DNA from: Lama glama
Taxonomy: Eukaryota
Length of the DNA: 64,000 nt
Reading direction: 5' to 3'
Assembly (NCBI GenBank): GCA_028534125.1
Contig: CM052818.1
Location: forward strand, 18,044,001 to 18,108,000
Shown here: in pieces, positions 63,751 to 64,000 of the stretch
Layout: the number at the start of each line of letters is the position of its first letter
Position numbering within the stretch: the first letter of the stretch is position 1
Made by a program: the position numbers and the translations under genes
Notes under the pieces: generated by a model
The model's database searches: none
Told to the model about the DNA's origin: nothing
The model's input: only the letters and a program-made list of their open reading frames with translations

Positions 63751-64000
63751 CCTTCCCTTCCTTTCTTGCCTTCCTTCCTTCTGTTCCTTCCTTCCCCTAT
63801 GTCTCACGGTAGACCTGGGATATAAATGGAGGGGTTGTGACACTAGCTCATAGGGTATTCACATACTAAATTTCACTGAGTACTGACCCATTTTTTCTCT
63901 GGAATAGATCCTGCAATCAAAACTTCCACAGCAGTTTACAAGCATTTCTATTTACCTATGTGCTCAATAACTCTTGCTATTTTTCACCTTTCTTATTTTT

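Noticed and set aside
1..64000. CRISPR array, operon or novel multi-gene system
   Set aside because: Mammalian repeat-rich non-coding DNA with no repeat-spacer array and no supportable host coding genes.

Overview
AT-rich, CpG-depleted mammalian DNA, intergenic or deep-intronic, and dominated by repeats. It is most likely from a camelid (alpaca, llama or camel). This is inferred from a tRNA-derived SINE resembling camelid vic-1, from cetartiodactyl-type L1 3' UTRs, and from the absence of recognisable BovB/Bov-tA or PRE-1 elements. I cannot support any intact protein-coding gene, RNA gene or CRISPR array, and I found no evidence of a new biological system. The window holds old and young L1 fragments (two young copies contain assembly gaps), L2, MIR, MaLR/ERV1/ERVL LTRs, an internally deleted two-LTR ERVL provirus, hAT/Tigger MITEs and microsatellites. 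Most notable: (1) an ERV1 solo LTR lacking one terminus and flanked by a ~45-bp duplication instead of a 4-bp TSD; (2) a CpG-enriched CRE/KLF/CTCF motif cluster at ~15.5-15.8 kb; (3) a diverged ~170-bp direct repeat ~9.7 kb apart; (4) a ~69-bp L1 insertion with a 14-bp TSD; (5) several enhancer-like non-repeat blocks. Repeat subfamily names come from recalled consensus sequences, not searches, and most old-repeat boundaries are approximate.
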